Assembly: GCA_913065025.1 (NCBI GenBank)
Contig: CAJYAP010000003.1
Span: forward strand, 5,876-69,875
Direction of reading: 5' to 3'
DNA from: an uncultured Gammaproteobacteria bacterium
Lineage (GTDB): Bacteria > Pseudomonadota > Gammaproteobacteria > Poriferisulfidales > GCA-002705445
Length of the DNA stretch: 64,000 nt
Part shown: positions 49,916 to 59,193 of the stretch, piece after piece
How positions within the stretch are numbered: the first letter of the stretch is position 1
Layout of the letters: each line of letters begins with the position of its first letter
Position numbers and translations under genes: made by a program
Notes under the pieces: generated by a model
What the model was told of the DNA's origin: nothing
Database searches by the model: none
What the model saw: only the letters and a program-made list of their open reading frames with translations

Positions 49916-51442
49916 ATGGTGCCATTTGTATTTTTGGCGTCATCAATATTCTTTCCTTTTAGTGATAACTGGAATCATATAATAGATAATGTTCTTTATG
50001 ATTATTTTTTAAATTCTTTGGCTTTAGCATTTGGTGTTGGATTTTGTACCCTTATAATTGGAACCTCTACTGCATGGCTAACATCAGTGTTTGATTTTCC
50101 ATATCGAAAAATAATTTCTTGGCTTTTACTTATGCCATTAGCAATGCCAGCATATATAATTGCAATTACCTATGTGGGTATAATCGATAGCGTAAATTTT
50201 CTTCCAGACATAAGAAATCTATTCGGCGCGATTATTATGATCTCATTGGTTTTATACCCATATGTGTATATTCTAGCTAGAGGTGCTTTTTTAGAGCAAT
50301 CTAAAGAGTTGTATGAAAATTCACAAATGTTAGGAGCTTCGCAACTACAAATATTTCTTAGTGTATCAGTTCCAATGGCGAGACCCGCTATTATATTAGG
50401 TGTGACACTGGCCGCAATGGAGGCATTGGCTGATTTTGGAACAGTTGAATTTTTAGGTGTTCCTACTTTTACAACAGGAATATTTAGAACCTGGTTAGGA
50501 ATGAATGATACTGTTACGGCAACTCAAATGGCAACTTTATTCCTAAGTATAGTTTTTGTTTTTGTTTTCATAGAGCAACAGTCTAGAAAAAGAGTTCGAT
50601 ATGCCGAAAATATAAAGACACAGTCTAAACAAAACTATAAAATCTCTTCAAAAAAAAATAATACTTTGATAATAATAATATGTATTTTACCTATAGCTTT
50701 TGGATTTATTATTCCATTTTTACAACTATTATATTGGTCTGTATTCATATCTAATGAAAATTGGGACTCAGGATTTTTTAATATTGTTAGTGATACTTTA
50801 TTTTTATCTTTTCTAGCAGCATTAATAATTACTTTTATATCTATTTTAGTAACTTATGTAAAAAGATTTAATCCAAATAGTATTATTAACAAATTTATGC
50901 AAATTATCACTCTGGGCTATGCCATTCCTGGACCCGTAGTTGCAATTGCTGTTCTAGTTCCATTTGCAACATTAGATAATTATATCAATCAAATTCTGAT
51001 ATCTAAATTTGATTTATCTGTTGGATTAATTTTTAGCGGGTCATTCTTTATTTTAATCTTTGCTTATTGCATAAGATTTTTAACAGTATCATCAAGAACA
51101 ATAAGTTCAGGTTTAGATTCTATTAGTTTAGCTACTGATGATGCAGCTAAGTCTCTGGGTGCAAATACTAAAGTTATATTATCTAAAATTCATTTTCCTT
51201 TACTCAAAACATCATTACTAACTAGTTTTCTTTTAGTTTTTATTGACGTGATGAAAGAGTTACCGCTTACTTCTATTTTAAGACCTTTTAACTTTAATAC
51301 TCTTTCTGTTAAAGCATTTGAATTAGCTTCAGATGAAAAAATTGCCGATGCATCAAATGCTTCGATTATGATTGTTTTGGCAGGAATTATTCCTGTAATT
51401 TTAATTACAAAAAATATATTAGGAAAAAGAAATAAGGTATGA
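49916..51442 (+). CDS. fbpB: Fe(3+) ABC transporter permease (duplicated MetI-like domain)
   Basis: 508 aa, roughly 12 TM, with two permease repeats. The frame is open upstream to 49856 with AGGGGA at 49859-64, so a non-ATG start near 49871 is possible. Confidence 0.85.
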   Translation: MVPFVFLASSIFFPFSDNWNHIIDNVLYDYFLNSLALAFGVGFCTLIIGTSTAWLTSVFDFPYRKIISWLLLMPLAMPAYIIAITYVGIIDSVNFLPDIRNLFGAIIMISLVLYPYVYILARGAFLEQSKELYENSQMLGASQLQIFLSVSVPMARPAIILGVTLAAMEALADFGTVEFLGVPTFTTGIFRTWLGMNDTVTATQMATLFLSIVFVFVFIEQQSRKRVRYAENIKTQSKQNYKISSKKNNTLIIIICILPIAFGFIIPFLQLLYWSVFISNENWDSGFFNIVSDTLFLSFLAALIITFISILVTYVKRFNPNSIINKFMQIITLGYAIPGPVVAIAVLVPFATLDNYINQILISKFDLSVGLIFSGSFFILIFAYCIRFLTVSSRTISSGLDSISLATDDAAKSLGANTKVILSKIHFPLLKTSLLTSFLLVFIDVMKELPLTSILRPFNFNTLSVKAFELASDEKIADASNASIMIVLAGIIPVILITKNILGKRNKV

Positions 51443-51449
51443 TTGGTAT

Positions 51450-52508
51450 ATGAATAAAAAATTAATTATTTCTGATTTGTCTTTAGTGTTAGAGAATAAC
51501 AAGGATAAAAATAAAGTACTAACAAATGTTAATTTTGATTTAGAAGAATCAGAGATAGGATGTATTTTAGGTCCAAGCGGGTGTGGCAAGAGTTCATTGT
51601 TGCGTGCAATTGCTGGGTTTGAAAATATAAATTCAGGATCTATTCTAAAAGACGGAGTATGTATTTCAAATAGCCTTGAAAATACACCTGTGCAAGATAG
51701 GAAAATGGGTATGGTTTTTCAAGATTACGCATTATTTCCAAACATGGATATAAAAACCAATGTTGCTTTTGGATTAAAGAATAATACTAAAAAAGAAAAA
51801 GAGGACAGGGTAAATCATCTATTAGATATGGTGGGTCTTGGGAAATATAAAGATAAATATCCTCACGAATTGTCTGGAGGAGAACAACAAAGAGTCGCGC
51901 TTATAAGAGCTTTAGCACCTTCACCAGATATACTTCTTCTTGACGAACCCTTTTCTAATATTGACGCAGATATTAAAGAAGATCTAGTCTCTGATATTCG
52001 AGATTTATTAAAAGAATTATCAATTACTTCCATCATAGTTACTCATGACCAAAATGAGGCATTTAATATTGCAGATAAGGTTGCCATTATGAATAACGGT
52101 AAAGTTGAGCAAATTGGAAATGCTTATGATATATATCATAAGCCAGTCAATAAATTTGTAGCTGACTTTATAGGTCTTGGTGTTTTTATTCCAATTACTA
52201 GAAATAAAAATGGGCAGCTAGAAACACCTCTCGGCATGATTGAGAAAGATAAATTATCTGAAAAACATGTTCCAGCAAAAGATTTAGAAATGTTATTGCG
52301 CCCAGATGATATTATTCATAATGATGAAAGCGCTATAATGGCCGTAGTTGTGGAAAAACAATTCAGAGGCGCAGAGTTTTTATATAAATTACTATACAAT
52401 GACAAATACCCGCTTCTTTGTTTTGCTCCAAGTCATCACAATCATAAAATTGGTGAAGCAATTGGGATAGAATTAGAAATTGAACATTACGTAATATTTG
52501 AAAAATAA
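51450..52508 (+). CDS. fbpC: Fe(3+) ABC transporter ATP-binding protein
   Basis: 352 aa with Walker [10 protein letters not shown], signature LSGGEQQR, Walker [12 protein letters not shown] and a C-terminal TOBE-like domain. Confidence 0.9.
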   Translation: MNKKLIISDLSLVLENNKDKNKVLTNVNFDLEESEIGCILGPSGCGKSSLLRAIAGFENINSGSILKDGVCISNSLENTPVQDRKMGMVFQDYALFPNMDIKTNVAFGLKNNTKKEKEDRVNHLLDMVGLGKYKDKYPHELSGGEQQRVALIRALAPSPDILLLDEPFSNIDADIKEDLVSDIRDLLKELSITSIIVTHDQNEAFNIADKVAIMNNGKVEQIGNAYDIYHKPVNKFVADFIGLGVFIPITRNKNGQLETPLGMIEKDKLSEKHVPAKDLEMLLRPDDIIHNDESAIMAVVVEKQFRGAEFLYKLLYNDKYPLLCFAPSHHNHKIGEAIGIELEIEHYVIFEK

Positions 52509-54193
52509 TGAAAAGAAAAAATACAAAATTTTCGTCTGATATAGTGAAGGGATACGATAGGGCTCCTAGTAGAGCTATGCTAAGAGGCGTTGGTTTTAAA
52601 GATAAAGATTTTAATATACCGCAGGTTGGAATTGCTTCAACTTGGAGTGAAGTAACGCCATGCAATTCTCATATAAATAAACTTGCCGATGCAGTTAGTT
52701 CTGGCGTTGAAAGAAGTAATCTGAAACCAGTAATATTTAATACAATTACTATTTCTGATGGTATATCTATGGGAACAGAGGGCATGAAATACTCTTTAGT
52801 TTCTAGAGAGGTTATAGCAGACTCAATTGAAACAGTAGCTGCATGCGAAGGTTTTGACGGAGTAATAGCTATTGGTGGATGTGATAAAAATATGCCTGGT
52901 TGTTTAATAGGTCTAGCTAGATTAAATAGACCATCTTTATTTATATATGGCGGTACAATAATGCCTGGGACATATAAAAATAAGAAAATTGATATTGTTT
53001 CAGTTTTTGAGGCAGTTGGGCAATTTGCTAAAAAAGAAATATCTGAAAAAGAATTAAAAAACATAGAAGAAAAAGCTATACCAGGACCTGGATCTTGCGG
53101 TGGCATGTATACTGCAAATACAATGGCTTCTGCTGTAGAAGCATTAGGAATGAGCTTACCTGGAAGTTCTTCACAGGCTGCGATTTCTAAAGATAAAAAT
53201 TTAGATTGTGTAAATTCTGGAAAGGCTCTTAAAAATTTATTAGAAAAAAACATTACCCCTAAAGATATTATGACAAGAAAAGCATTTATTAACGCTATAA
53301 CGGTAACTATCACATTAGGTGGATCAACAAATGCTGTTCTTCATTTATTAGCAATGGCAAACGCAATTGGAGTTAAATTAGAGTTAAACGACTTTACAAG
53401 AATTGGAAAAAAAGTCCCAGTGTTGGGTGACTTAAGGCCAAGTGGTAAGTACATGATGTCAGAGCTGGTAAAAATTGGTGGAATCCAACCACTTATGAAA
53501 ATGTTGCTAGATGCTGGAATGCTTTATGGCGATTGCATAACCGTAACAGGAAAAACTTTGGCGGAAAATTTAAGTAAAGTAAAAAAATATCCTTCAAAAC
53601 AAAAAATTATTAGGTCATTAGATAACCCAATAAAAAAAGACAGCCATCTTGTGATTTTATATGGAAATCTTGCCCCAGATGGGGCAGTAGCAAAAATTTC
53701 TGGAAAGGAAGGATTGAGGTTTGAAGGCAAAGCAATAGTTTTTAATTCTGAAGAAATCGCCATGAAAGCTATTTTAGAAGGAAAAGTAAAAAAAGGACAT
53801 GTGATTGTTATTCGATATGAGGGTCCAAAGGGTGGGCCAGGAATGAGAGAAATGTTGGGCCCAACAAGCGCAATTATGGGTCAAGGCTTAGGCAAAGATG
53901 TAGCTCTAATTACCGACGGTAGATTTTCTGGGGGTAGCCATGGTTTTGTTATTGGTCATGTTTCTCCAGAAGCTGCAATAAAAGGGCCTATTGCTGTAAT
54001 TAAAAATGGCGATCAAATAGTAATTGATGCGCAAAAACAAATCATTGACTTAAAAGTAAGTAAAAAAGAAATTAAGGAAAGAACTCAGAAATTAACTCAT
54101 GTTAAATCTAAATATAAAAAAGGTATTTTAGCAAAATATGCAACTTTAGTAAGTTCTGCTTCAAAGGGCGCAGTCACAGATCTTTTTGAATAA
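52508..54193 (+). CDS. ilvD: dihydroxy-acid dehydratase
   Basis: 561 aa with [16 protein letters not shown] and [14 protein letters not shown] motifs. Its ATG overlaps the fbpC TAA (TAATG). Confidence 0.96.
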   Translation: MKRKNTKFSSDIVKGYDRAPSRAMLRGVGFKDKDFNIPQVGIASTWSEVTPCNSHINKLADAVSSGVERSNLKPVIFNTITISDGISMGTEGMKYSLVSREVIADSIETVAACEGFDGVIAIGGCDKNMPGCLIGLARLNRPSLFIYGGTIMPGTYKNKKIDIVSVFEAVGQFAKKEISEKELKNIEEKAIPGPGSCGGMYTANTMASAVEALGMSLPGSSSQAAISKDKNLDCVNSGKALKNLLEKNITPKDIMTRKAFINAITVTITLGGSTNAVLHLLAMANAIGVKLELNDFTRIGKKVPVLGDLRPSGKYMMSELVKIGGIQPLMKMLLDAGMLYGDCITVTGKTLAENLSKVKKYPSKQKIIRSLDNPIKKDSHLVILYGNLAPDGAVAKISGKEGLRFEGKAIVFNSEEIAMKAILEGKVKKGHVIVIRYEGPKGGPGMREMLGPTSAIMGQGLGKDVALITDGRFSGGSHGFVIGHVSPEAAIKGPIAVIKNGDQIVIDAQKQIIDLKVSKKEIKERTQKLTHVKSKYKKGILAKYATLVSSASKGAVTDLFE

Positions 54194-54199
54194 CGAACA

Positions 54200-54439
54200 T
54201 TAAGCAGGTTTTATTGTAAACCTCCCTGTAAATACCCATCTTATTATTAGGTATGATGGAAAAATTAATAATGACGCTAATGCAATTTCATTCTTGCTAT
54301 ATGGAAGAAATTTACTAAGAGGCCAAAATAAAGAATACCCTTCGTAAACATAATAAATCATATTTAAAGGATGAATTAAAAATAGCAACAATGTTAAAAC
54401 ATACATTAATCTATTTAATCTTTGATAAATGTTATGCAT
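54200..54439 (-). CDS. hypothetical small membrane protein
   Basis: 79 aa with two or three hydrophobic helices and no recognisable motif. Confidence 0.45.
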   Translation of the reverse strand: MHNIYQRLNRLMYVLTLLLFLIHPLNMIYYVYEGYSLFWPLSKFLPYSKNEIALASLLIFPSYLIIRWVFTGRFTIKPA

Positions 54440-54498
54440 TTTTAATCCTCTAATAAATAATTATTTTCCCTATAATTTTACACTTTTAATTTATTATT

Positions 54499-54921
54499 TC
54501 AAAAACCAGCTTTTTTAAGAAGTTCTTTCGCCTTTTCTTTATCTTGCTCTACAAGATTACCTTCTTCATACATCATTGCTAATGTTGTTAATGACCCTAC
54601 CAATCCTTGGCTAGCTGCTTTTGTGTACCAATGAACGGCAGCTTCTCCATTTTTTTCAGTACAGTCACCTTCCATATACATAAATCCTAAACCATGTTGG
54701 GCTAAGGCATGCCCATTTTCTGCTGCAGATTTCATCCATTTAAAAGCTAATAAAGGATTAGCTTTATTGCCTAAACCATTTTGGTACATGATAGCGCATC
54801 TATGTTGAGCTTCAGTATCTCCATTTTCTGCAAGGGGAGACAGCAATTGCATAGCTCTTGAAAAATGTTTAGCTTCGAACGCACTTAATCCGCTACTTAA
54901 TTCAACCTCATTTTTTTTCAT
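54499..54921 (-). CDS. Sel1-repeat (TPR-like) protein
   Basis: 140 aa with three tandem Sel1-type repeats (GDTEAQHRCAIMYQNGLG, GHALAQHGLGFMYMEG, GLVGSLTTLAMMYEEG). No signal peptide. Confidence 0.8.
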   Translation of the reverse strand: MKKNEVELSSGLSAFEAKHFSRAMQLLSPLAENGDTEAQHRCAIMYQNGLGNKANPLLAFKWMKSAAENGHALAQHGLGFMYMEGDCTEKNGEAAVHWYTKAASQGLVGSLTTLAMMYEEGNLVEQDKEKAKELLKKAGF

Positions 54922-55001
54922 CTTTATATCCCATTAACAATATTTTATTCTGATAGTATATACATATAATATATTAATAATAAATGCTTTAGGAGACTCT
55001 G

Positions 55002-56102
55002 TTGTCAAAAAATATGTTAAGAAGCGCGATTCAAAAAGTCGCTACAGGCCCAGAATTTAGTAAAAATATAACTGAAGAAGATAGCTATAACTCTATGTTA
55101 AATATATTAGATAGTGAATCTGATCCTATTCAAGCTGCAATTTACTTAATTGCAATGAGAATGAAAAGAGAAACTATGGACGAAAACATAGGATCACTTA
55201 AAGCACTTATAGATAAATCAAATATTATTACAGCTGATGTTGATGAGTTGCTTGATATAGCAGAGCCATATAATGGTTTTCTTAGGAATACTCCTATAAG
55301 CGCCTTTTTACCTTCAGTATTTTCTTCAATTGGAATACCATGTGTTACTCATGGAGTTGAAACAGTTGGCCCCAAATTTGGACTAACAACAAAAAAAATA
55401 TTAGAAACAGCAGGAATTAAAGTATCCAATAGTTCACAAGAGGCGTCTGATTTTTTAGGTAATAAAGATATCGGCTGGTCTTATATTGACCAAGAAAAAT
55501 TTTGTAAACCTCTATACGATTTGATTAATTTAAGGACAAGAATGGTAAAAAGAACCGTATTAACCACTATTGAAGTTCTAGTTGGCCCAATAAGAGGAAA
55601 AGATAAAACACATCTTTTGACCGGATATGTGCATGCAGCATACCCACCAGTCTATTCAGATCTTGCGAAAGTCTCAGGTTTTGACTCAGCTGTTTTAGTA
55701 AAAGGTGTTGAAGGTGGTGTTTCTCCAGCACTAAGAGGTGATGGAAAAGTTTTCTATTATTATGATAACAGTGAAATGCAAGAAACAAAATTTAATCCAA
55801 AAAATATATCTATAGAACAAAATATGAGAGCAGTGCCATTACCAGAACTTGAGAAAAAAGAAGAAATTAAATTAGATGAAATATCTAGTGATATAAACGT
55901 AGATGATTTTTCAAGCAAAGCGGTAGAAATTGGAATTGATGCATTGAACGGTAAAGACGGCCCTGCGAAAGATACTTTGGTATATACTGGAGCCATAACA
56001 CTTTCAATTATAAAAAATATTGATTTTAATGACGCAGCTGTTCAGATTAGAAAGTCTATAGATAGTGGCAAAGCAAAAGAATTTTTTTATAATGCAATTT
56101 GA
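55002..56102 (+). CDS. anthranilate phosphoribosyltransferase-like (glycosyl transferase family 3) paralog
   Basis: 366 aa with a TTG start after AGGAG. The N-terminal helical domain (IQAAIYLIAMRMKRET) and the HG..VGPKFG region resemble TrpD, but the GTGGD PRPP motif position reads IAEPYNG. Confidence 0.6.
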   Translation: MSKNMLRSAIQKVATGPEFSKNITEEDSYNSMLNILDSESDPIQAAIYLIAMRMKRETMDENIGSLKALIDKSNIITADVDELLDIAEPYNGFLRNTPISAFLPSVFSSIGIPCVTHGVETVGPKFGLTTKKILETAGIKVSNSSQEASDFLGNKDIGWSYIDQEKFCKPLYDLINLRTRMVKRTVLTTIEVLVGPIRGKDKTHLLTGYVHAAYPPVYSDLAKVSGFDSAVLVKGVEGGVSPALRGDGKVFYYYDNSEMQETKFNPKNISIEQNMRAVPLPELEKKEEIKLDEISSDINVDDFSSKAVEIGIDALNGKDGPAKDTLVYTGAITLSIIKNIDFNDAAVQIRKSIDSGKAKEFFYNAI

Positions 56103-56153
56103 ATTATAATTAGCAAATGTTTAAAATAAATAAATGTATACAAGAGGAGCAAA

Positions 56154-56348
56154 ATGAACGAAACATATAGAAATGCAGTAGTGCAAATGGAAGAGCAAGG
56201 TGTTCAAGATGAATATATTCTTGGTTGGCAAGGTGGTTTTTTAGGCCATCCACCAAGAGAAGAAACAAGAACAAATGAAGCTTATGATGCAGGCTACGAA
56301 GATGGCCAAGAAAAAAACTTAGCCAATATAGGTGATTGGAAGAAATAG
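56154..56348 (+). CDS. hypothetical acidic small protein
   Basis: 64 aa with a strong SD (GAGGAG at 56144-49) and no recognisable motif. Confidence 0.55.
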   Translation: MNETYRNAVVQMEEQGVQDEYILGWQGGFLGHPPREETRTNEAYDAGYEDGQEKNLANIGDWKK

Positions 56349-56349
56349 A

Positions 56350-56904
56350 TTATTTGTTTACTAGAGAAGCAATTGGTCTTCGCAAAGATAGTAATATTTT
56401 AGGAACCTCTTGATCAATAACATACATTCTTATCCAATTATTATCTAATTCCCCCATATGGGTCATCAAATGGTTCCCAAGTATAATTCTTGATTTATAA
56501 CTTGGTTCCTCGTTATATTCTAGCTCAGAATATTCTCCCATCCGGTCATTTAAAAGATTAATAAATTTAGTCTTAATATTTTCTTTTGGGATTTTTAAAT
56601 CGACCTGGTTAATATTTACTGTTTCATTAAGTTTTTTAGCAATATCTGTTATAAAATTTATTTTTTTTTCTTTATCATAAGATTTGATTTCATTATTTGC
56701 TACATAAATCTGGAAACAAGAAACCTCTTTTAAAATTTCCATTCTTTCGGACCAAGTGTCGGTATCAAAGCCTTCATTTTCTAAATTGAGTAAAGTTTTT
56801 TTTGATATTTTCCAAATACTTACAGCAAGAGCACTAGCAATTTGCCCAACTTGTCTTTTTTTTCCTTTTTGATTCCAACCGCTATGTATTCTTTGTATAC
56901 TCAT
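56350..56904 (-). CDS. hypothetical protein
   Basis: 184 aa soluble protein with no recognisable motif. It is convergent with the 64-aa gene, with 1 nt between the two stops. Confidence 0.6.
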   Translation of the reverse strand: MSIQRIHSGWNQKGKKRQVGQIASALAVSIWKISKKTLLNLENEGFDTDTWSERMEILKEVSCFQIYVANNEIKSYDKEKKINFITDIAKKLNETVNINQVDLKIPKENIKTKFINLLNDRMGEYSELEYNEEPSYKSRIILGNHLMTHMGELDNNWIRMYVIDQEVPKILLSLRRPIASLVNK

Positions 56905-56949
56905 ATTAATATATTTGTTAATTACATATTTTATTATACATCATTACTT

Positions 56950-57522
56950 ATGAGAGAGATAAAACCAAATTCATTTATCTTTGAATTTAATAATGCTTTG
57001 AAAAAGGAAGATTGTAAAAGCATTATAGGTAGATTTGAGGATAATAAAGAAGAACATTATATCGGCAAAATTGGTCAAAATATTTCCGAAGATTTAGATA
57101 TAAAAAAATCTACAGATTTATTTATTAGTGGTAAAGAAATTTGGAAAGATGTTGATAAACTTTTCTTTAGTGCGTTAGCAAAATCATTACATGAGTTTAA
57201 AAATGAAATAGAATTTTTTAAAGGTCCTTTTAAGGATATGGGATATGCTATTCAAAGAACTGATGCTGGGCAATATTATCATTGGCATATAGATGGAGGA
57301 AGTCATGATTTTAGCTATAGGCAACTTGTAGCAATATTTTATTTAAACGATTTAGAAGAGAGTCAGGGTGGCACAACAGATTTCTATCATCAGAATATAA
57401 GTATAACCCCAGAGGCTGGAAAGTTAATTTTATTCCCCCCATTCTGGACTCACAAACATAGAGGTTCAGAAGTTTTATTTAAAGCAAAGTACATTGCGAC
57501 AACATGGATTGTATTTGCTTAA
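56950..57522 (+). CDS. 2OG-Fe(II) oxygenase (prolyl-4-hydroxylase-like)
   Basis: About 190 aa from MREIKPNSF. The facial triad is HWHID ... THKH, and the double-stranded beta-helix strand motif is VAIFYLND ... GGTTDF. Confidence 0.8.
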   Translation: MREIKPNSFIFEFNNALKKEDCKSIIGRFEDNKEEHYIGKIGQNISEDLDIKKSTDLFISGKEIWKDVDKLFFSALAKSLHEFKNEIEFFKGPFKDMGYAIQRTDAGQYYHWHIDGGSHDFSYRQLVAIFYLNDLEESQGGTTDFYHQNISITPEAGKLILFPPFWTHKHRGSEVLFKAKYIATTWIVFA

Positions 57523-57529
57523 AAACTAA

Positions 57530-57850
57530 TTAAGAAAAAGAAGTTTCTTCCATATTACCAGATATATCAATATCTATAATTTTTACGTCTGGCATTTGAT
57601 TTATAATATATGCAGCCATCATGATAGCTGTTTCTTTTTTATTAAGATGAATAGATGTAAATAAACGATCTGCAGCTATTTGACATTTTTGGAATTGACT
57701 TGGGTTATCAACCCAACTTTTGCTCATCTGCCATCCTTTATTCATGTCTGAATCCATTTGAGCAAAAAAGGATTGAGCTTCTGTTACAATTTTCTCTTGA
57801 ATTTTAAGAGGATATTCATTCTCGCCGAGAATGACATTAAGTTCGTACAT
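57530..57850 (-). CDS. hypothetical protein (106 aa), last gene of the dsrA-divergent operon
   Basis: Its ATG lies 3 nt after the stop of the 68-aa gene. No recognisable motif. Confidence 0.6.
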   Translation of the reverse strand: MYELNVILGENEYPLKIQEKIVTEAQSFFAQMDSDMNKGWQMSKSWVDNPSQFQKCQIAADRLFTSIHLNKKETAIMMAAYIINQMPDVKIIDIDISGNMEETSFS

Positions 57851-57853
57851 ATA

Positions 57854-58060
57854 TTATTTTTTAGAGCCTTTCTCTTCATGTGCAAGGTCAACTATATCCA
57901 TAGCTAAATCTCTATACTCTTCTCTAAAACCTGCAATCTCTGAGTCATCATCTGGAGCAAAATATTCAGATGCTTCAACTCCTTGTTCTCTATCCAAAGC
58001 TATGAACTTTTTTTGCATATCCAGTAACTTTTGAATTTTAGCTTGCTTATCTTCACTCAT
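57854..58060 (-). CDS. hypothetical acidic helical protein (68 aa)
   Basis: MSEDKQAKIQKLLDMQKKF... with a predicted helical character. No recognisable motif. Confidence 0.55.
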   Translation of the reverse strand: MSEDKQAKIQKLLDMQKKFIALDREQGVEASEYFAPDDDSEIAGFREEYRDLAMDIVDLAHEEKGSKK

Positions 58061-58143
58061 TTAATCCATCCTTTCAATTTTAACTAAGTTTTAATAATAA
58101 CCTAGTTGTTGATATAAAATCCACTAGTCCAAATTGGGTAGGT

Positions 58144-58488
58144 TTAATACCCGCCTTTTCTTCTGCTTTCAGGCAAGCCAGAAATTCTTCCACCTTGTTT
58201 ACTAGGGTCCCCTGGAAAAAGATCATAAAGAACTTTGGCATCTATTTTTTCACCCCAAAGCTTTTCAAAAAATTTTACTAGTTTTCTCGTATTCGGCTGG
58301 TTCCCAGCATTATTAAAAAATTCATCTCTTAGATGATTTATTACATCCCAATGCCTATCAGTTAATTGTAATTTTTCAATATCAGCTATAGCTTTAGCTA
58401 GGTCTTCAGACCAATCTTCAGCATTAACTAAGTATCCCATTTCTGTTGTCTCTATTTGTTTTCCCGCAATTTCTATTGTTGGCATCAT
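58144..58488 (-). CDS. DsrC/TusE-family protein lacking both C-terminal cysteines
   Basis: 114 aa with a GGGAGG SD. It aligns by eye along its whole length with DsrC (IEIAGKQIETTEMGYL ... LTDRHWDVINHLRDEF ... LYDLFP...KQ). The tail reads QGGRISGLPESRRKGGY instead of QACRFAGLPKPTGCV. Confidence 0.85.
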   Translation of the reverse strand: MMPTIEIAGKQIETTEMGYLVNAEDWSEDLAKAIADIEKLQLTDRHWDVINHLRDEFFNNAGNQPNTRKLVKFFEKLWGEKIDAKVLYDLFPGDPSKQGGRISGLPESRRKGGY

Positions 58489-58510
58489 TTACCTCCCTAA
58501 CGAATTAAAT

Positions 58511-59191
58511 TTATTCACTACTTTTTGAAACAGCTACAGGAGCTATACTTTTGTGAGGTAAAAAGATACCACATCCATATAATTTTCCAATACCTATTCC
58601 GAGCTGTTGTATTTTTATCGAGTCTTTTTTTTCAAGATCTGTTATTAGTAAAGTTTTTCCAATAAGGGTTTTATTAGGAATTTTAATAAAATGTTCCTTC
58701 CCGCACAGCATCTTTTTAACATTTATACCCATAGATATTAAAGATGAATTAACCTCTTGAAGAAACTCTTCTTCGTTTGCATTATTTTCAACAACAACTG
58801 TCCTGCAAAAAAGAGTATCTGTGATAATCAAATTCTTTGTGCTGGGCCTTGAAAGAGTCATCTCATATTTTCCAATTTTAAGCATTTCGCCATCAAGTTT
58901 ATAAAATTCCTTGGAATATTCGACAGGTGTTCTTATGCAAAATCTTGTCCTTTTCGAAAGATATATTTCTGTTTCTGGTCTCTCCCATCCAGCTCCTGAC
59001 TCGGCGCCATATACTGAGTGTATCGCTAAATTATTAATATCTCTTATTTTTGGGAATTTATTAAGAACAGCCTCAAATAAATCATAAGCATGGTCAGATG
59101 AAATCTTATTGCAGTTAACCTTAAATGATACATCAACTATTGCATTATCAGTTTCGTTTGGTTTATTTTGATCATCTTCTTCCCAATACAT
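58511..59191 (-). CDS. Cas6/Cmx6-like RAMP protein, not associated with CRISPR
   Basis: 226 aa. The C-terminal sequence GIGIGKLYGCGIFLPHK exactly fits the Cas6 glycine-rich loop pattern GhG-x5-GhG. The N-terminus MYWEEDD...IVDVSFKVNC..SSDHAYDL resembles what I remember of subtype I-MYXAN Cas6 (Cmx6) family members. No search was run. Confidence 0.6.
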   Translation of the reverse strand: MYWEEDDQNKPNETDNAIVDVSFKVNCNKISSDHAYDLFEAVLNKFPKIRDINNLAIHSVYGAESGAGWERPETEIYLSKRTRFCIRTPVEYSKEFYKLDGEMLKIGKYEMTLSRPSTKNLIITDTLFCRTVVVENNANEEEFLQEVNSSLISMGINVKKMLCGKEHFIKIPNKTLIGKTLLITDLEKKDSIKIQQLGIGIGKLYGCGIFLPHKSIAPVAVSKSSE

Positions 59192-59193
59192 AA

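Noticed and set aside
52669-53313. 214-aa ORF antisense to ilvD, the longest shadow ORF in the track
   Set aside because: It lies entirely inside the strongly supported ilvD gene on the opposite strand. Its product is low-complexity and hydrophobic with no motif or SD. This is typical of antisense frames of conserved genes.
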